DNA of 64,000 nt from Ostrea edulis. Taxonomy: Eukaryota. The stretch covers positions 10,168,001-10,232,000 of the forward strand of contig NC_079172.1 in NCBI RefSeq assembly GCF_947568905.1, read 5' to 3'. A program made the translations under genes and the position numbers. The notes under the pieces were generated by a model. It saw only the letters and a program-made list of their open reading frames with translations. It was not told the DNA's origin and did not search any database. This document shows, piece after piece, positions 61,876 to 64,000 of this stretch; the stretch's first letter is position 1, and every line of letters begins with the position of its first letter.

Positions 61876-62271
61876 CAGTTTTTAAATCGAGGTAAGCTAC
61901 TGACAAACAAGTTGATGGTACAGGGGTTTCAACAGTCTCGATTGAAGTCAGCATTTCGCAAATTCTATGCTCGTTATAACGATCTACTTCGTCAATACAA
62001 CCTCGCATTGGGTCAAATGCTGTCTGACGTGTTTCATACCGATTGTTAAGCCGTTTTTGGCACACTGATTTTGACTGCGGATAACTCCATTTACCTGATC
62101 AGGATATAGGGCTCACTGCGGGTGTGACCGGTCAACAGGGGATGCTTACTCCTCCTAGGCACCTGATCCCACCTCTGGTGTGTCCAGGGGTCCATGTTTG
62201 CCCAACTATCTATTTTGTATTGCTTATAGGAGTTATGAGATTGATCACTGTTCGTTACCTTCACCTTGCAT
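61876..62271 (+). mobile_element. 3' end of a Penelope-like retroelement (RT C-terminus plus 3' terminal repeat)
   Basis: QFLNRGKLLTNKLMVQGFQQSRLKSAFRKFYARYNDLLRQYNLALGQMLSDVFHTDC* (61876-62049) resembles the post-RT thumb region of PLEs (L..L..xG[YF]). The following ~220 bp recurs elsewhere in the window. Confidence 0.55.
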
Positions 62272-62985
62272 TCAAAAGACAGAACTTGAATCATCAACAA
62301 TTTGAATACTTTCGTTTTCTTGATCACTCTCTGAAATCAAGTAAAACTCTTGGAATTTGTTTCCATTGAAAAACTTTTTGACTGTAGGTATGATGACTAT
62401 GTTCCATCTCGGACCCATTCTCTGTTGATTTTCCATCTCTTCACTTGTCAGGATGGTCAGAGGACATATGGGTTCCCACTTGAAGATCTATCTTTAGTTT
62501 TGAATTCTTTGTTTCCACTATACCCCAATCTAACTTTAGCATGATTATTAAGTGTTTATAGTTACCTGACATTTTTTGTCAAGACAGATTTATAGAATAC
62601 AGATCCTAAGCTTAAATCCAAAAAAATTTTGATTTGCAATTTTTTTTTTTTAAATCATCCCTTGAGAATATTTAGGTGCCAATTTTTTGGGGGAAATACC
62701 TGCTTTCCACCATTGGGAATGGGACCAAATTTCAACCCTCTACAAACCCTAAAAAATCCCTGTCAATGAATATCAAACATGTCAGACTGCCATACTCTTT
62801 CCCCAAAATTCCATTCCCCCTTGTTGCTGATGAAAAAAAATGCATAAAGTTTTCCCCTGCAATCTCATTCTTAAAAACAGGACAGGTCTAAGGAAACAGA
62901 GAGGGAGGGCATGTTCCATCATTTCTTCCTCTACATCTTTTCGAGGTCAAGGTAGATATGTTGAATTCTGAAAAGTTAGCAACAT

Positions 62986-63273
62986 GATGGATTGATTGTA
63001 TATCTTTTGTTTACCATCCCTCTCAAGAATTTTTCACTCATACGGAGACATCATCATTGCCGTTGAAGGGCTGCAAAATTTAGGCCTATGCTTGGCACTT
63101 ACTGCCTTTGAGCAGGGAGGGTTCTTTATCGTACGTGCCACACCTGCTGTGACATGGAGCCTAATGGTTTTAAAATGTGGTCTCACCGAAGGACTGCATG
63201 CATGCCCCATTCAGATGCCTCTTATGACAAACAAGGGGTACTAAGAACCTATTCTAACCAAGATCCCCATGGA
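62986..63273 (-). mobile_element. SINE-like retroelement, copy C
   Basis: Same family as copies A and B, with a GATT/AATC tail at 62986-62998. Confidence 0.8.
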
Positions 63274-64000
63274 TGCAACATGTTGGAACCAAAATTAATG
63301 TCTGACCTATCCCTCCTTTGGCAACATGTTGGAATGTAATACTGTTCTTGCCGAAAGAAGTCAGTTTTGTCTCGGTCTACCACGAGAAGCTTACAATGTT
63401 GAATTTCAACATTTAAATTCAATTCATGAATTACAATATAAGTAATGAACTCCCACTAAATAAACAGACTGAAAAGAACATTAAACATAGCATTAGTCTG
63501 TGATCTGACAATTTAAGCAACTGGTCAATTGGGAAAGACCATGAACTACACATTTTGCAGCCCTAAGTTAGCTGGCACTCCCAAGTACGTCCAAACTCAT
63601 AATAGTGCAATTGCAAATTACATAGTTTCTTCCAAATTCATTTTTAAAATCTTGCCTTGATTATTCTTGCTGACAATCTAAACCCCCCCCCCCCTTTTTC
63701 AGATTGAAATTGAACCAAGTTTGTATGTTAAAATATATACATGTAATATGTATATCAAAATGCTCAAAAGGTTCCATTGGTTCAAACCACATGCAGAAAC
63801 TCGATCAGTACTTACCATTGAGACTGTATGGGTTAGGGTAAGTTTTAATGCGAAAATTCTGAAGTTGTACTGTCAAAGCAAAGTAACCCTGTGGCCAACG
63901 AGCTGCCAACCATGAACTTGCTAATGGGTACATTTTAGGTATCCATTGTACATAATTTGGTCACTTTGTGTGACCTCCCAAAATTCTTACTTAAAAACAG

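Overview
AT-rich, CpG-depleted eukaryotic genomic DNA. The repeat content (165-bp HindIII/Cg170-like satellite monomers inside Helentron-type non-autonomous elements, bivalve-type SINEs) points to an oyster (Ostreidae); this is inferred from repeat families, not proven. The left 36-41 kb holds the 5' half of a minus-strand nuclear receptor gene of the NR1J/HR96 (NR1I/J) group. Five in-phase coding exons can be reconstructed (35618-35508, 14760-14611, 6174-6001, 4622-4505, 259-<1), covering the A/B region, both zinc fingers and the hinge; the ligand-binding domain lies beyond position 1. Several extra candidate first or cassette exons, most next to CpG-retaining patches, suggest alternative promoters. 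The rest is intronic or intergenic and rich in transposons: a decayed DD34D mariner, a decayed DD34E Tc1, an internally deleted pogo-type element, a truncated Crypton-type tyrosine-recombinase element, three TTAA-flanked Kolobok-type elements, TA-flanked MITEs, many Helentron-type elements with satellite arrays, modular SINEs, 3' fragments of a Penelope-like retroelement and several minisatellites. No CRISPR array, rRNA or intact tRNA gene was found. I did not find a clearly new biological system. The best leads are the pseudoknot-like non-tRNA SINE head, the Crypton remnant with its motif array, and the multi-promoter architecture of the receptor.
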